From Squalus acanthias (Eukaryota), in assembly GCA_030390025.1 (NCBI GenBank), contig CM059432.1, positions 150,476,001-150,540,000 of the forward strand: 64,000 nucleotides of DNA. Direction: 5' to 3'. The position numbers were made by a program, and so were the translations under genes. Of this stretch, positions 50,000-61,738 are shown piece by piece. Every line of letters starts with the position of its first letter. Position 1 is the stretch's first letter. The notes under the pieces were generated by a model. That model was not told the origin of the DNA. It saw only the letters and a list, made by a program, of their open reading frames with translations, and did not search any database.

Positions 50000-51140
50000 A
50001 TTAAGAGGCCATCCTGGGCAGCAATGTGCGCCGTTGCTGGTGCCATGTCCACTTCAGGTTCCTCCTGCTCCTCCTCGTGATCGTCCTGTTCCTTCTCCTC
50101 CTCCGAAGAGGCACTGCTCTCTGCGCCTTGCTCCTCCAGCAGCTCCAATCCTTGCTGCTGCGCTTTGCTGTGCAGCGCTCAGCATACCACGAGCATTCTG
50201 GAGACCCTGGCTGGTGCGTATTGAAGGGCTACTCCAAATCTCTCCAGGCATCTGATGCACATCTTCAGCATCCAGATTGCTTGCTATATTACACATCCTG
50301 TCGGATTGCAGTGCTCTTTGGACTCATTGCTTGGCCTCCTCAAGGGTGTGATCAGTCACTTCTTCAGCCAGGTCTCCAAGCAGCCAGCCGGTAAGTTTGG
50401 TCGGAGTTGCGAAGAGCTGAGGGAGGGTGGACTGGTGCAGGATGAATGAATCATGACAGCTCACTGGGAATCTGGCACACACATGCACGATGATCTTTTA
50501 TGATTGCAGACGAGCTGCACATTGATGGAGTGGAAGCCCTTATGGTTCACGAACACTCCTGGGTGATCTAGGAGTGCCTTGATGGCCACATGTGTGCAGT
50601 TGATGATGCCCTGCACCTGTGGGAAGCCAGCCAGAGCCGCAAAGCTGAGCGCCTGCTCCGTTTCATTAGCTTCATTGGTGGCAAAGTGTACATAATTGCC
50701 TGCCTTATCAAACATGGCATCGGTCACCTGGGTGATGCATTTGTGGGTGGCCGACTGAGAGATCTTTCAAATATCTCCTGCAGATCCCTGGAAGTAACCT
50801 GAAGTGAAGAAGTTGAGGGAGGTGGTCACTTTGACAGCCACTGGTAGTGCGTGTCCACTTGGCACCAGGTCTTCTTCCAGCAGGCTACAAATGTCTGCCA
50901 CGGCCTGATGCGATGGCCTGAACCTCCTTGGGGCACTGGTGTTCGGTCATGTCCAGGAAGCTGATCCTCTGCCTATATACCCTGTGTTGGGGGTATTGCC
51001 TCCTACGAGTTGCACCCCTGTGCTCATCCCCTCTCTCTTATGGATTGGCAGTTCGGTGAGTAGGCTGCTGCTCCTGCTGGTGTTGTTGCTGCTGGTGCTC
51101 ATTTTGGTCCTCATCTGAGGTCCAAGGTAAATCAGCATAA
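50000..51140 (-). pseudogene. Harbinger DDE transposase (HARBI1-like), disrupted
   Basis: [37 protein letters not shown]. Confidence 0.9.
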
Positions 51141-53182
51141 GCGGCACCTATGCTCATCTGATATTTGATCAAAGTAAAGTGGAGAGGTACAATCCTCCAA
51201 TGTAGAGAGAGTGACTTCCAAAGTTGTACAAATCACCTACAAACTACTGAAACCAAACTCTCAGCACAAGTGTTGGCAGCAAAAGCTTTTCCCTTAGGCA
51301 AGGAAGCAGGTGTGAGGTCTGAGTATTTGTGAGATTATTTAAATTTAAAAAAAATGTAATTTGTTCAGTTCCCACAATTGCCACTGTGCTCTCGCCTTAC
51401 TTTCACTGGTGAGGTTCAGCAAGCCCAGGAATCCCTTGGACAACCAGTAAAAGCTCCAAAAACAGGTAAAAAAAAGGCTGTTAATAGCCTTTAACTATCT
51501 CCAAGTTGGCTTAATCAGGTAACCCGCCTCTCCCGAGGATGTCTCTCGCACGTTGCCTAACATGCCCGAGTTAAAGGCGGAAGCCGGCTGGTTGAAGTCG
51601 GCTTCCCGATGTGCTGTCAATTTCAGTACTTTTAACTACCTGCTCGCAAACCCACACACTCTTTAAAGTTCAAATTCAGCCCATTGAGCCCAACATGCCT
51701 GAAAACCTTGCAAATCCCCCAAACACTATTTCCTTCTGTACTGTAACAAAATAAATCACTAGAAAATTCAGGAGGCCAATAACCTCATAAAAACAGGGAC
51801 CAAAATGTATGCACACACCTCTTTACCTTCGGAATAAAAAGAGAAATGTGGACACAAATGAAAATGAAACTGAATTAGCCAAATGCTCAACTAGAATAAC
51901 CCTAAATTAAAATGGCTGTTTTTTTCCAGGGGGATGAGAGGAAAGAGAGAATTCTATTTTAAATGGCACGTCCTTTCATCTAAGTTGACAGTCAAAAAGA
52001 AAAAAAAGTGACCGATCAGAGATGTGAGGGCTGATTTTCTGAATGGGCGCTCCCTCGCACGGAGGCTGGGCAGCCAGGACTGTAGACAGAGGAATCATGG
52101 GCGCTCCACTCAATTTTCAATTCTAATAATTATTGGATGGAAAATCATGGGAAGCTCAACTGCAATTTCCCAGTGGGCGATGCTCCGTGAGGAGTACACA
52201 TGTGGAAAATGGTTCCTTTAATCTCCAGCTGGTAAACATTTATTCAGAAAATAAAAACAAACGAAAGTATGGTATTAACAGACCTTTCATTTTCTCTGCA
52301 AACTATCTGAATGAAAATATGAGGCAAAATAAGTGCCTGCTGCTGTGTTAGGTTCTAAATGTATTACTCTGGGAGTACTTTCAGAATCTAGTACAGAATT
52401 CAGTTATTGTTGTATACTCTAAGTGATCCTTGTGTCAGAGCCATAATAATAATCACAAAATCCAGACACTAACATGAGCCTTACTCACTGGCCAATTATT
52501 GCCTCAACGCCATTCTGTCAGCTTGATAAAGGCGCATAGGGCAACACAAACTTTCCCAGGGTCAACATACTGTTTTGTGCATCCTTGTAGAGCAGCAATC
52601 TGGCCACGACTTTCTGTCCCTCAGTTGGTAAGGTAATGACCCGAAGGCCATCAATGCATTTACTTTGGATTTTGAAGGACGCAGCATTGTAGTTCAAGCC
52701 AGTGGTTCCATCAGCTTTTTTAATTTATATTTGGGATGTGGCGTCACTCACAAGGCTGGCATTTATTGCCCATGCCTAGATACAACTGAGGGGCTTGCTG
52801 GGCCACTTCAGAGGGCAGTTAAGAGTCAACCACGTTGGAGTGCGACTGTAGTCACATATAGACCAGACCGAGTAAGGACGGCGAGTTTCATTCCCTAAAG
52901 GACATAAGTGAACCAGCTGAGAGTTTGCAACAATCTGACAGCTTCATGGTCACTTTAACTGATACAGATTTCTATTTCCCGATTTTTAAAACTAAGGCCG
53001 GAATTTTCTGTACCTGGGCAGGTCGGGAGCAGGCGGTCGCTGTGGCGGGTTGTGACCCCGTTCTTCATTCCTTCCCGCCCAAGATCAACTTTACATTAAT
53101 GGCGCCAATTATGGCAGCCCTGCACGTTACCCAGCCCTATTAAATGCTGCGGATCTGATGACATCATCGATGACGCATTTTC

Positions 53183-54106
53183 ACAAAGCTGGGTGGGCGT
53201 GTGTGCTGTGAGGAGGATGCAGAGAAACTCCAGTATGATTTGGACAGGTTGGGTGATTGGGCAGATGCATGGCAGATGCAGTATAATGTGGATAAATTCG
53301 AGGTTATCCACTTTGGTGGCAAAAACAGGAAGGCAGATTATTATCTGAACGGCAATAGATTGGGAAAAGAGGAAGTGCAACGAGACCTGGGTGTCCTTGT
53401 GCACCAGTCGCTGAAGGTAAGTATGCAGGTGCAGCAGGCGGTTAAGGCGGCAAATGGTATGTTGGCCTTCATAGCGAGAGGATTCAAGTACAGGAGCAAG
53501 GATGTCTTGCTGCAGTTGTACAGGGCCTTTGGCGAGACCACACCTTGAGTATTGTGTGCAGTTTTGGTCGCCTTATCTGAGGAAGGATGTTCTTGCCGTG
53601 GAGGGAGTGCAGCGAAGATTCACCAGACTGATAGCTGGGATGGCAGGAATGACGTATGAAGAGAGATTGGGTCGATTGGGCTTGTATTCGCTAGAGTTTA
53701 GAAGAATGAGAGGGGATCTCATTGACACTTACAAAATTCTAACAGGACTAGACAGACTAGATGCAGGAAGGATGTTCCCGATGGCGGAGGAGTCCAGAAC
53801 CAGGGGTCACAGTCTAAAGATAAGGGGTAAGCCATTTAGGACTGAGATGAGGAAGAATTTCTTCACCCAGAGAGTGGTGAACCTGTGGAATTCTCTACCA
53901 CAGAAGGCAGTTGAGGACAATTCATTAAATATATTCAAGAAGGAGTTAGATATATTTCTTAAGGCTAAGGGGATCAAGGGATATGGGGAGAAAGCAGGGA
54001 CAGGGTACTGAATTTGGATGATCAGCCATGATCGCATTGAATGGCGGAGCAGGCTCGAGGGGCTGAATGGCCTACTCCTGCTCCTATCTTCTATGTTTCT
54101 ATGTTT
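53183..54106 (+). mobile_element. HER1-like CR1 nested in the Harbinger
   Basis: ORFs 53201-53548 and 53502-54011; possible TTTCA TSD. Confidence 0.95.
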
Positions 54107-54212
54107 CAGCCGGGATATTTAAAGGAGCCATGGCCACATTGCATTTGAAGGTTCATCTAGGATTGTGCAGGCAGTGCACTGGACCATTGGAGTGTTGGAA
54201 AGACTAGCAAAC

Positions 54213-56123
54213 ATGACTGCACAGAGACAGAGGGCTGCACCCAGGTTCTCAGATGACTCCCTCCATAAGCTTGTGGAGGGAGCGAGAGCACGCAGGGAGG
54301 TGCTCTTCCCTTACGATGGGCAGAAGAGACCTCCCCAACAGACCAAAGGAGCCTGACACCAAATAGCACAGTCAACAGCCGGGATGTTCTGAGGAGGACC
54401 AGGGTGCACTACCGCAAACATTTCAATGATCTCATTAGATCACGAAACGTTAGTACAAAGCCACACTCAACTTCATCCTGCTTTGCCTCTCATCACATCC
54501 CCATCATGCTGCCTTCCCAACCCTACTCCTGCACATCATTATTCACACCAACATACCTTGCATGGCCACCCATCCCTCTCTCTCAATCTACATTATCACA
54601 TCCCCATCTGAATAACCACCACTCACACTCTCCCTCATCCTAATGCAATCATACCAACTAACAACACACAAGGAGGCCACTTGGCATTGGCACCTCACTC
54701 CATCATAGTCACCCTCTAAAGATTTAACCCATCTATTCCGTACACTCATTCCATCACTCTCACTCAACCTTCTCTTCTTTCCCTCCTTGCAGGAGAAGAG
54801 ATCCCACAATAAGAGGGAGAGGGAGAGAACTGGAGGTAGCCCTTTATCATTGGCCACTTTAACAGCAGCAGAGGAGGTTGCCTTGGAAGTGTCAGGAGTT
54901 GCAGAGCAGCTGGAGGTGGGAGACGGAGAGAGGGGGACATCTCAGCAACCTTGTGACAGAATTACATCTCATACAGCCATATGGCATACAGTAGTCACTC
55001 ATATGGGGACTGATGTCAGCAGCCAGTGAATGTATCTGTACCCATTCTTGATATGACATATCTAACTCATCTCTTTACTCTCCCACAGGTCCATCAAGAG
55101 CCCCCCGCCCCCCCCCTCCCCCCGCTCCACTGTCCAGGAGGAAGAGGAAGACGACTCCTCAGAGGAGCCGCCAGTCTCTGAGGGCGCACCATCACCAGAC
55201 ATAATCGCACCCAGCACCAGCGCAGATTTGCACACCTTGGTGGGTGCAACGCGACAGAGTAGTGTTGTCACCTGGTGTCTCACAACTCACAAGTGAACAA
55301 GAGCAGATGGTGGACAGGGACAGCAGTGGAGACTCCTCGCCGGAGGGCACAGGACACTGCCAGCTCTGCTCAGCTGCATGCAGATGCTAAGCCGCTGGGG
55401 GCCATCCAGAAAGAGGGCGATCCTGGAGGTGCAGCAAGAAGTGCAGGAGGCTTTGACAGGTTTTGCGACCGCGATGACTGCAAATGTTCAGAGAATGGAG
55501 GAGTCCATCTCCAAGATGAGCACCACCGTGTCGCAGGTGATGGCGACTGTAGGCTCTGCCATGGAAAGGATGGCCACCTGCATGGAGCAGCTAATGTGCC
55601 ATTCACAGGAGCACATGGTCTCTATGGAGAATAGATGGGTATCTATGGAGAATAGATGGCAGACGCTCATAGATCTCCTGTCTAGGAGGAATGTCAACAT
55701 AGACGTGGGTCCTCATGGCCCCACTGCTGTGCAGCAAGGTGCTCCTCAGCTCCTTGCTAGCAGGGAAGTGCGGGTGGCCCATAAGAGGGATGATGGTAAG
55801 AGGCATGATGGTGAGAGGGGACATGTAGGTGGGGGCTGCTCCCAAAGCATTCACACCTCTCCCCCATTGCCTGCCCCCCACCCCACCCCACCCCGCCCCA
55901 GTCAGAACCCCAGATGGCTCTTCGGATCGCGACGGCAGAGTCCGCCCCTGCACAGTCGCAGCAGGAGCAGACTTTTATTGGGCCATCACAGGCTCCAAAA
56001 CCCAGAGGACGTCCGCCAAAAGTGTCTCTGCAGTTGCAGCAGGGAAGCGAGCAGGCTGCCTCTACCTCTGCTGAAGCCACAGGAGGAACACCTCATAGAT
56101 GCACGTGTAAAAGAAAGATGTAA
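54213..56123 (+). pseudogene. Harbinger Myb/SANT-like DNA-binding protein gene, three apparent exons
   Basis: Exon 1 RAAPRFSDDSL..LVE..REVLFP..RKHFNDL with an in-frame stop; acceptors TTGCAG|54793 (EKRSHNKRERERTGG) and CCACAG|55089; AATAAA near 56162. Confidence 0.8.
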
Positions 56124-56349
56124 CACAAGTAGATGCACAAGGGTAGCCACTTGGGTGTTTTAATAAATGTTTCTGTAAAGTTTCCATTACTGTGATGTCA
56201 CAGATAAAAATATTTATTTTCACCACTGGACAAATTTGTGTTCAACATTGGAAGTGGCTTCGTGAGTTGGAGTGGATGGTGAGACATAACGTTACCTCCA
56301 GCAATGGTGGTCAGTGTGAAAGGAAGGGCCTGGTCATTGTAGGGATGCT

Positions 56350-57598
56350 TTATGGTGTTGCTGTGGGGTGGTGCGAACCTGGCGCAGCATGTGGCAGCCA
56401 TATGGGTGTAAGGCGTGAAGTTAAGTAAATCTGGCCATGATGAGGCCACCCCTGGCCTCCTGAGCAGCAATGGTGGGGTCTGGACCTCAGGTTCCTCCTG
56501 CTCCTCCTCCTCTGAAGAAGAAGAGGCTGTGCGCTCAGAGCCTTGCTCCTCATGCAGCTTTAATCCTCACTGCTGCGCTATGTTGTGCAGGGCGCAGCAG
56601 ACCACGACGATTCTGGAGACCCTGGCTGGTGCCTGCTGAAGAGCTCCTCCAGATCTGTCAAGTTATCTGAAGCGCATTTTCAGCTTGCCTATTGTCTGCT
56701 CTATGACACATCTGGTGGAGATGTGGCTTTCATTATATTTCTCCTCGGCCTTAGTACTTGGCCTCCTCAAGGGTGTCATGAGCCACGTCTTCAGTGGATA
56801 ATCCTGGTCTCCAAGCAGCCAGATGGAAAGTCTGTTTGGAGGAGCGAAGAGCTGAGGGAGAGTGGACTGGTGCAGGATGAAAGAGTCATGGCAGCTGCCA
56901 GGAATTTGGTTCACACATGCATGATGATCTTACTAAGGGTGCTGACGAGCTGCACATTGAGGGAGTGGGAGCCCTTGCGGTTGACAAAGACTCCTGGGTG
57001 ATGATGGGGTGCCCTGATAGCCACATGTGTGCATTCGATGATGCCCTGCACACGTGGGAAGCCAGCCAGAGCGGCAAAGGCCAGCGCCCACTCAGTAACA
57101 CTGGCTTCATCAGTGGCAAAGTTCATAAAATTGGCTGACTTGTCAAAGAGGGCATCGGTGACCTATGTGATGCATCTGTGGGCGGCCGACTGCAAGATGC
57201 CGCAAATGTCTGCTGCAGATCCCTGGAAGGAGCCCGAGGTGAAGAAGAAGTTGAGGGCGCTGGTGACTTTGACAGCCACCGGTAAGGTGTGGCCACCCGC
57301 TCCTCTGGGCTGCAGGTCTTGCTCCAGCAATCTGCAAATGTCTGCGACGACCTGGCGCGATAGCCTGAGCCTCCTTTGGCACTGCTGCCCCGTTATGTTG
57401 AGGAAGCTCATCCTCTGCCTGTATACCCTGTGTTGGGGGTATTGCCTCCGGCGCAGTGCAGCCCTGTGCTGATGCACTCTGTCCTGTGCAGCATCAGGTG
57501 GTTGAGAAGGTTGGCGGTGGTGTTGTTGTTGGTGCTGCTGCTGTTCTGGTGTTTGGGCTCATCGAGGTCTGATTCTGAGGACCAAGGTGAGACAGTTT
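56350..57598 (-). pseudogene. Harbinger DDE transposase (HARBI1-like), disrupted
   Basis: [77 protein letters not shown]. Confidence 0.95.
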
Positions 57599-59883
57599 AA
57601 ACAGCATCCATTCTGATGGAATAGATGGCAGGTCAAGTAGAGATGACAGCAGCAATCTGTCAATGGTGTGATAGGTTCTACCAATGAGGTGACAGTGGAT
57701 CCCGACTTTGCTGGAAACACTTGCAACCTCTAGAAAGCTAAATCTATGATGGCAATGCACTCAGCAACAGCATTTGCTTTCAGAAAGTGACCAGATGTCA
57801 GGTGAGAGTATTTATTGTGTTTTTCATGCTGTGCACTAATGAAGTGCATCAATGGCCACTGAACTTCCTCCTCAGGTTCAGAGACGTGGTTCCCGAGCTG
57901 CGTGATTCCCATGCTCATCCAGGGAAATTTGAAAGGTATGGTTAAAAAGACGCTTAAGGGTCTGACAAGTACCTCAATGATTTCAATTACCTCGGCCGCC
58001 TCTGCCGTACAGGTCGCTGATGCGCTGGCAAACGCACTTAAGGGAAAGGCGATGGGGGCGGGATGACAGCAGGCTTACGACCTGCTCCAAGGTTTTTCAA
58101 ATTTCCCTCCCAACCCGCCTCCAATCGCACCCACATAGACCCCAGAAAATTCCGGCCTAAATACAAACTACCATGGTGGGATTTGAACTCACATTCTCTG
58201 GATTATTAGTCCAGGCCTCTGCGTCACTAGTCCAGTAGTACACCCTATGAATTCTTATCCTATTGTCAATTAGGAGCCTTTTCTTTCTGGAAACTTAGAG
58301 AATCCTCTCCTGATTGTGACACGAAGAGGAGGTAATTTATAGCAGCACAAATTTACTGGTCTTGCCTTGGTGCAGAACTAGGGAATGTTATACACAGCCC
58401 ATCTCCAGTACTTTGAGTTCTCTTCCACTCCTACTAGTTTGGAAATCCATGATTGTACAAATTGAAACATGTTAGTACCTTCAGAATGGTTAAGGAACCC
58501 AACAATTTTTGTATGGCATTTATTTTTTTTGTACAGACTTGCAACCAGTTCAACAATCTTCATTTAACAGTCATCTTCCAGTTTTCTATCTTCAATTCAT
58601 TTCTGAAACCCTAATGTTTCACACAAGTACTTGTATTCTCAAGGAGATGCTGCTACCTCTTCTGTGATTGCTCATGAAATTCCCTCACACATTCCCTTCT
58701 CCTGCAGCACTGATTTCATACTTGTGTTGTAGCAGAGCGGGAGTGGAGGCGAAGACAGAGAGCACTGATTTGACTTTAAAACATTAGGCTTAGCGTGGCT
58801 TTTAACTCTTAACAAAGGCCCATTACTAGATCTTATGATTCTGAAATCCTGAGAAGGATCATTTTGGAGATTTCAGGCAGTATATCAGAGAGCTTCAGGG
58901 GCTTACAATATGCTCACTCCTTCTCCAAGTCGTTCCAGTGCTTCTATCATGCAACTGGCAAGAAATGTATTTATTACCTTTATAATATACTGTGGCGGAT
59001 CGCCACCTAAACGGGCGCAATCCACTTTTCCGTCCGTGGACAATAAATCGGGCACCTTGCCTTTAAGGCGCATGCTGCCTTTAAGGCATGAAAAAAGGAG
59101 AGGGCGTCGCCCTCAGTGTGAACTTAAAAAGAGCGGGCGTCGCCCTCAACCAGTAGGGTTTTGCAGAGAGAAGTTGTAGCAGCCATTTTGCCAAGGAGTA
59201 TGTAATTAAAAGCCATGTGCTCCACATATTGACTCGGCCTCAATTCGTGCTTCGCGGCAGCCACAATAATACAATATATTATATACCTTTACCTAGATAG
59301 TCTTTTATTTTAAATTACACTTAAAGAAAATTATAGGCACAGGCAAGAGGCTTGAATGGTTTCCTTCTATCTTGAAATGTCTATGATCTAAATGGCCAGT
59401 TTCCAAAATGTCCCAATTTGCACACATGAAAGCACATATTGATTATGTGACTCTTAAGTGCAGTGAAGAAAACTACAAACTACATCGGTTTCTAAAAAAG
59501 CTGGTATTCATACTGTTTTTGTTTGCAAAAATACAAAACAAATTATTCAAATCACTGCTTGCACTGATCCCTTTATCTATCCGCTGTATCTCTTAATTTG
59601 CAATGCAATGTCTGCATGTCTCATTGTTCAGTCTGCTGTTGCTAAATTATTTCTCAAAATTTCTCTTCACATAAGTTCAGTCACTTGTAGATTTCCACCA
59701 ATGGTTTTCTCATTAGCAACCTCATGCAGAAATGGAAGGATTCAGAAAGCTTATTAAATCTACTTCTAAAAAGGTATCTAAACAGATTTTCCTTATTACA
59801 AAAAAAATCAATCGACTATTTAAATCACTTCAACCCATCAGCTATCAACTATTTTGCATTTTTTTCAGCAAAATAAATTCTAA

Positions 59884-60777
59884 GGGGTAAAAATTCAGTT
59901 GGTTGCGCCTCCCGTTAGCGCCTTAAGAGGGCGCTAATGGGGCGCAAAGCCGCTAACGCCCGGGCGCAGCGATGTTTGCGCCGCTCGAGAACTTAACTAG
60001 AGATTGTGCGGCAGGCGCTAAAACTTACCGCTGCGACCACCTGCGCGCGCAGATTATGACGTCATTCCATGGTGCAACGCCCTTGTGGCGCCCCGGAGCG
60101 GAAATTGAGTGGCGCCCCCTGCCTTACCGCCTGGCGCATCCAACGACCAGAAGACTGGAACGCTATCAATCGCTGTGGGGCTGGGGGGGGCGCTATTTAA
60201 AGGGGGCCTCTTCCTGTCTTTTATTGTTGGTGGCATTTTTGAACTACGCATTCTGAGAGAGAGAGGGAGAGACTTCTGGAGAGATTCAACGTTGTGTGAA
60301 GGAGTTTTGGGTACTGAGCAGCACTTTGCAGGTTCATTTTGATTTGCCATTCCTTGTATCGATTTAGCAGAGACTGTGGGAGCTGCACTCTGAGCTCTTT
60401 GCCTGGTACTCTCCATTGTTCTTTCCAGCACATTTGATGTGCAAGTCTCTCCAGGCCGAGATTCAAGGCTGCAATGAACAGGATGTGGATGGAAAGCAAG
60501 ATTAACCATCCCCTTTAAGAACTGGCCCGTGCCATTGTGTGTGTGTTCCATTGCTGACTGACATTACATGAGCTTCGCCAGCGCTCTGAGTTAGCGCCTC
60601 ACTCCTTGGCCTTTGCGCCTTAAGACAGGTGTGCAGCGCCTGATTTAGCGCTCCACTCACCTCCCGGGGCGGTAAAAGTGAAGTTTCCAGTCAGTGCCGA
60701 TAATTAGCGCCAGGCGCTAATATTTGCGTCCAGACGATATTTGCGCCCCAAATGGGGCGCGACCTAATTTCTACCCC
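59884..60777. mobile_element. Harbinger-type MITE related to 26801-27441
   Basis: TAA TSD (59881-59883 and 60778-60780), TIR GGGGTAAAAATT/AATTTCTACCCC, many TTAGCGCC/GGCGCTAA subterminal motifs. Confidence 0.9.
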
Positions 60778-61037
60778 TAAATATATCCACAGAATACGGT
60801 TGCAAAAGCTCACCTGAAACTAGAACATTCAAAAGCTGACATTTTGGTTCATCTCAATTATATTTATAACATATTAAAATCGGGTCATGGGTCACAACAT
60901 TCCATTTCAAAATACATTGAAAACTTCTATGTCAACCTTTATGAGAACAACCATTGCAAAAGTGTCCACAATAACCTGCAACACCAGTTATACATGTAAG
61001 TGGTACTGTGACAGGTGTGTGCAATGTTAAACTCGAT

Positions 61038-61511
61038 GGCCAGAATTTTCTGAGGTAAGAGCGAGTGGGTTAGAGGCGTGGGGGGGGGAGGGGAGTGAAA
61101 GTTGCAAAAATGTGAACCCTGCCTCCAACCCGCCCACTTTCACCTTTCACTCCAGTGGGACAGGGGGGCGGGCGAGTTGGCAATTTAAATATTATAATCA
61201 GGCCTCAAGCCTCTACTTTAACCTGCTTTGCAGGTTTTACCTGCAGGCGGCCGGGGATCCCGAGGCTCAGAATTCCCGGTGGCTGTAACGAGGTGGCTTC
61301 AACCTCGGGGAGCAATCCTTGTGGGCCGGGAGGAGCAAGAATGCTTGCTCCCGGCCCGCAAGCTCCCCCACCATCAGCCAGGCCCTCCACGGGGCAAGGG
61401 ATCCAACCCCATCAGGGCTCGGACCCCACCCCCCACCCTGGGATCGCGATTTGGCCCCAGGGTCGGGGATACCCCCGCACCATGTGGGTGGAACCCGGGA
61501 AAATCCAGCCC
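61038..61511. mobile_element. Probable Harbinger-type MITE
   Basis: Ends GGCCAGAATTTTC and GAAAATCCAGCCC; GC-rich interior; TSD unclear. Confidence 0.55.
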
Positions 61512-61588
61512 TATATATATATGTGATAGAAGAGCTGCTAACACAATAGCTGCTATTTTATAGTGAGAGTATGGTTTAAAAAAAGACT

Positions 61589-61738
61589 GGGCTAATTTTG
61601 ACTTTGGGTGCTAGAGTAAATTGGGCGATATCAGATCAGCTGCCCGTTATACATCTCTCCTGATTTTCATTTCCATTGACTGGGCAGCTAATCTGATATC
61701 ACTCGTTTTACACTATCACCCAGAGTCAAAATTCCCCC
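61589..61738. mobile_element. Short fold-back MITE
   Basis: About 60-bp imperfect inverted arms, 3-bp TSD ACT. Confidence 0.75.

Larger units (their letters stand above)
46422..51682. mobile_element. PIF/Harbinger transposon, decayed, with nested CR1s
   Basis: TIR GGCCTGAATTT/AAATTCAGCCC, 3-bp TSD ATT; plus-strand 48770-49706 parallels the last exon of the Myb gene in 52996-58157; transposase on the minus strand. Confidence 0.85.
52996..58157. mobile_element. Structurally complete PIF/Harbinger transposon (inactivated)
   Basis: Perfect 15-bp TIR GGCCGGAATTTTCTG, TAA TSD (52993-52995 and 58158-58160), convergent Myb/SANT and transposase genes. Confidence 0.95.
52716..58245 (-). mobile_element. 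tRNA-head SINE with family A tail (52716-52995 + 58158-58245), split by a Harbinger insertion
   Basis: Tail matches 913-970; body matches 35883-36095; head with B-box GAGTTCAAATCCC matches 36108-36146 and 37249-37280. Confidence 0.8.

Noticed and set aside
58340..58563. 61-aa minus-strand ORF as a host exon
   Set aside because: Faint resemblance to a decayed LINE RT region (W..W..SxxPQG-like); no splice support
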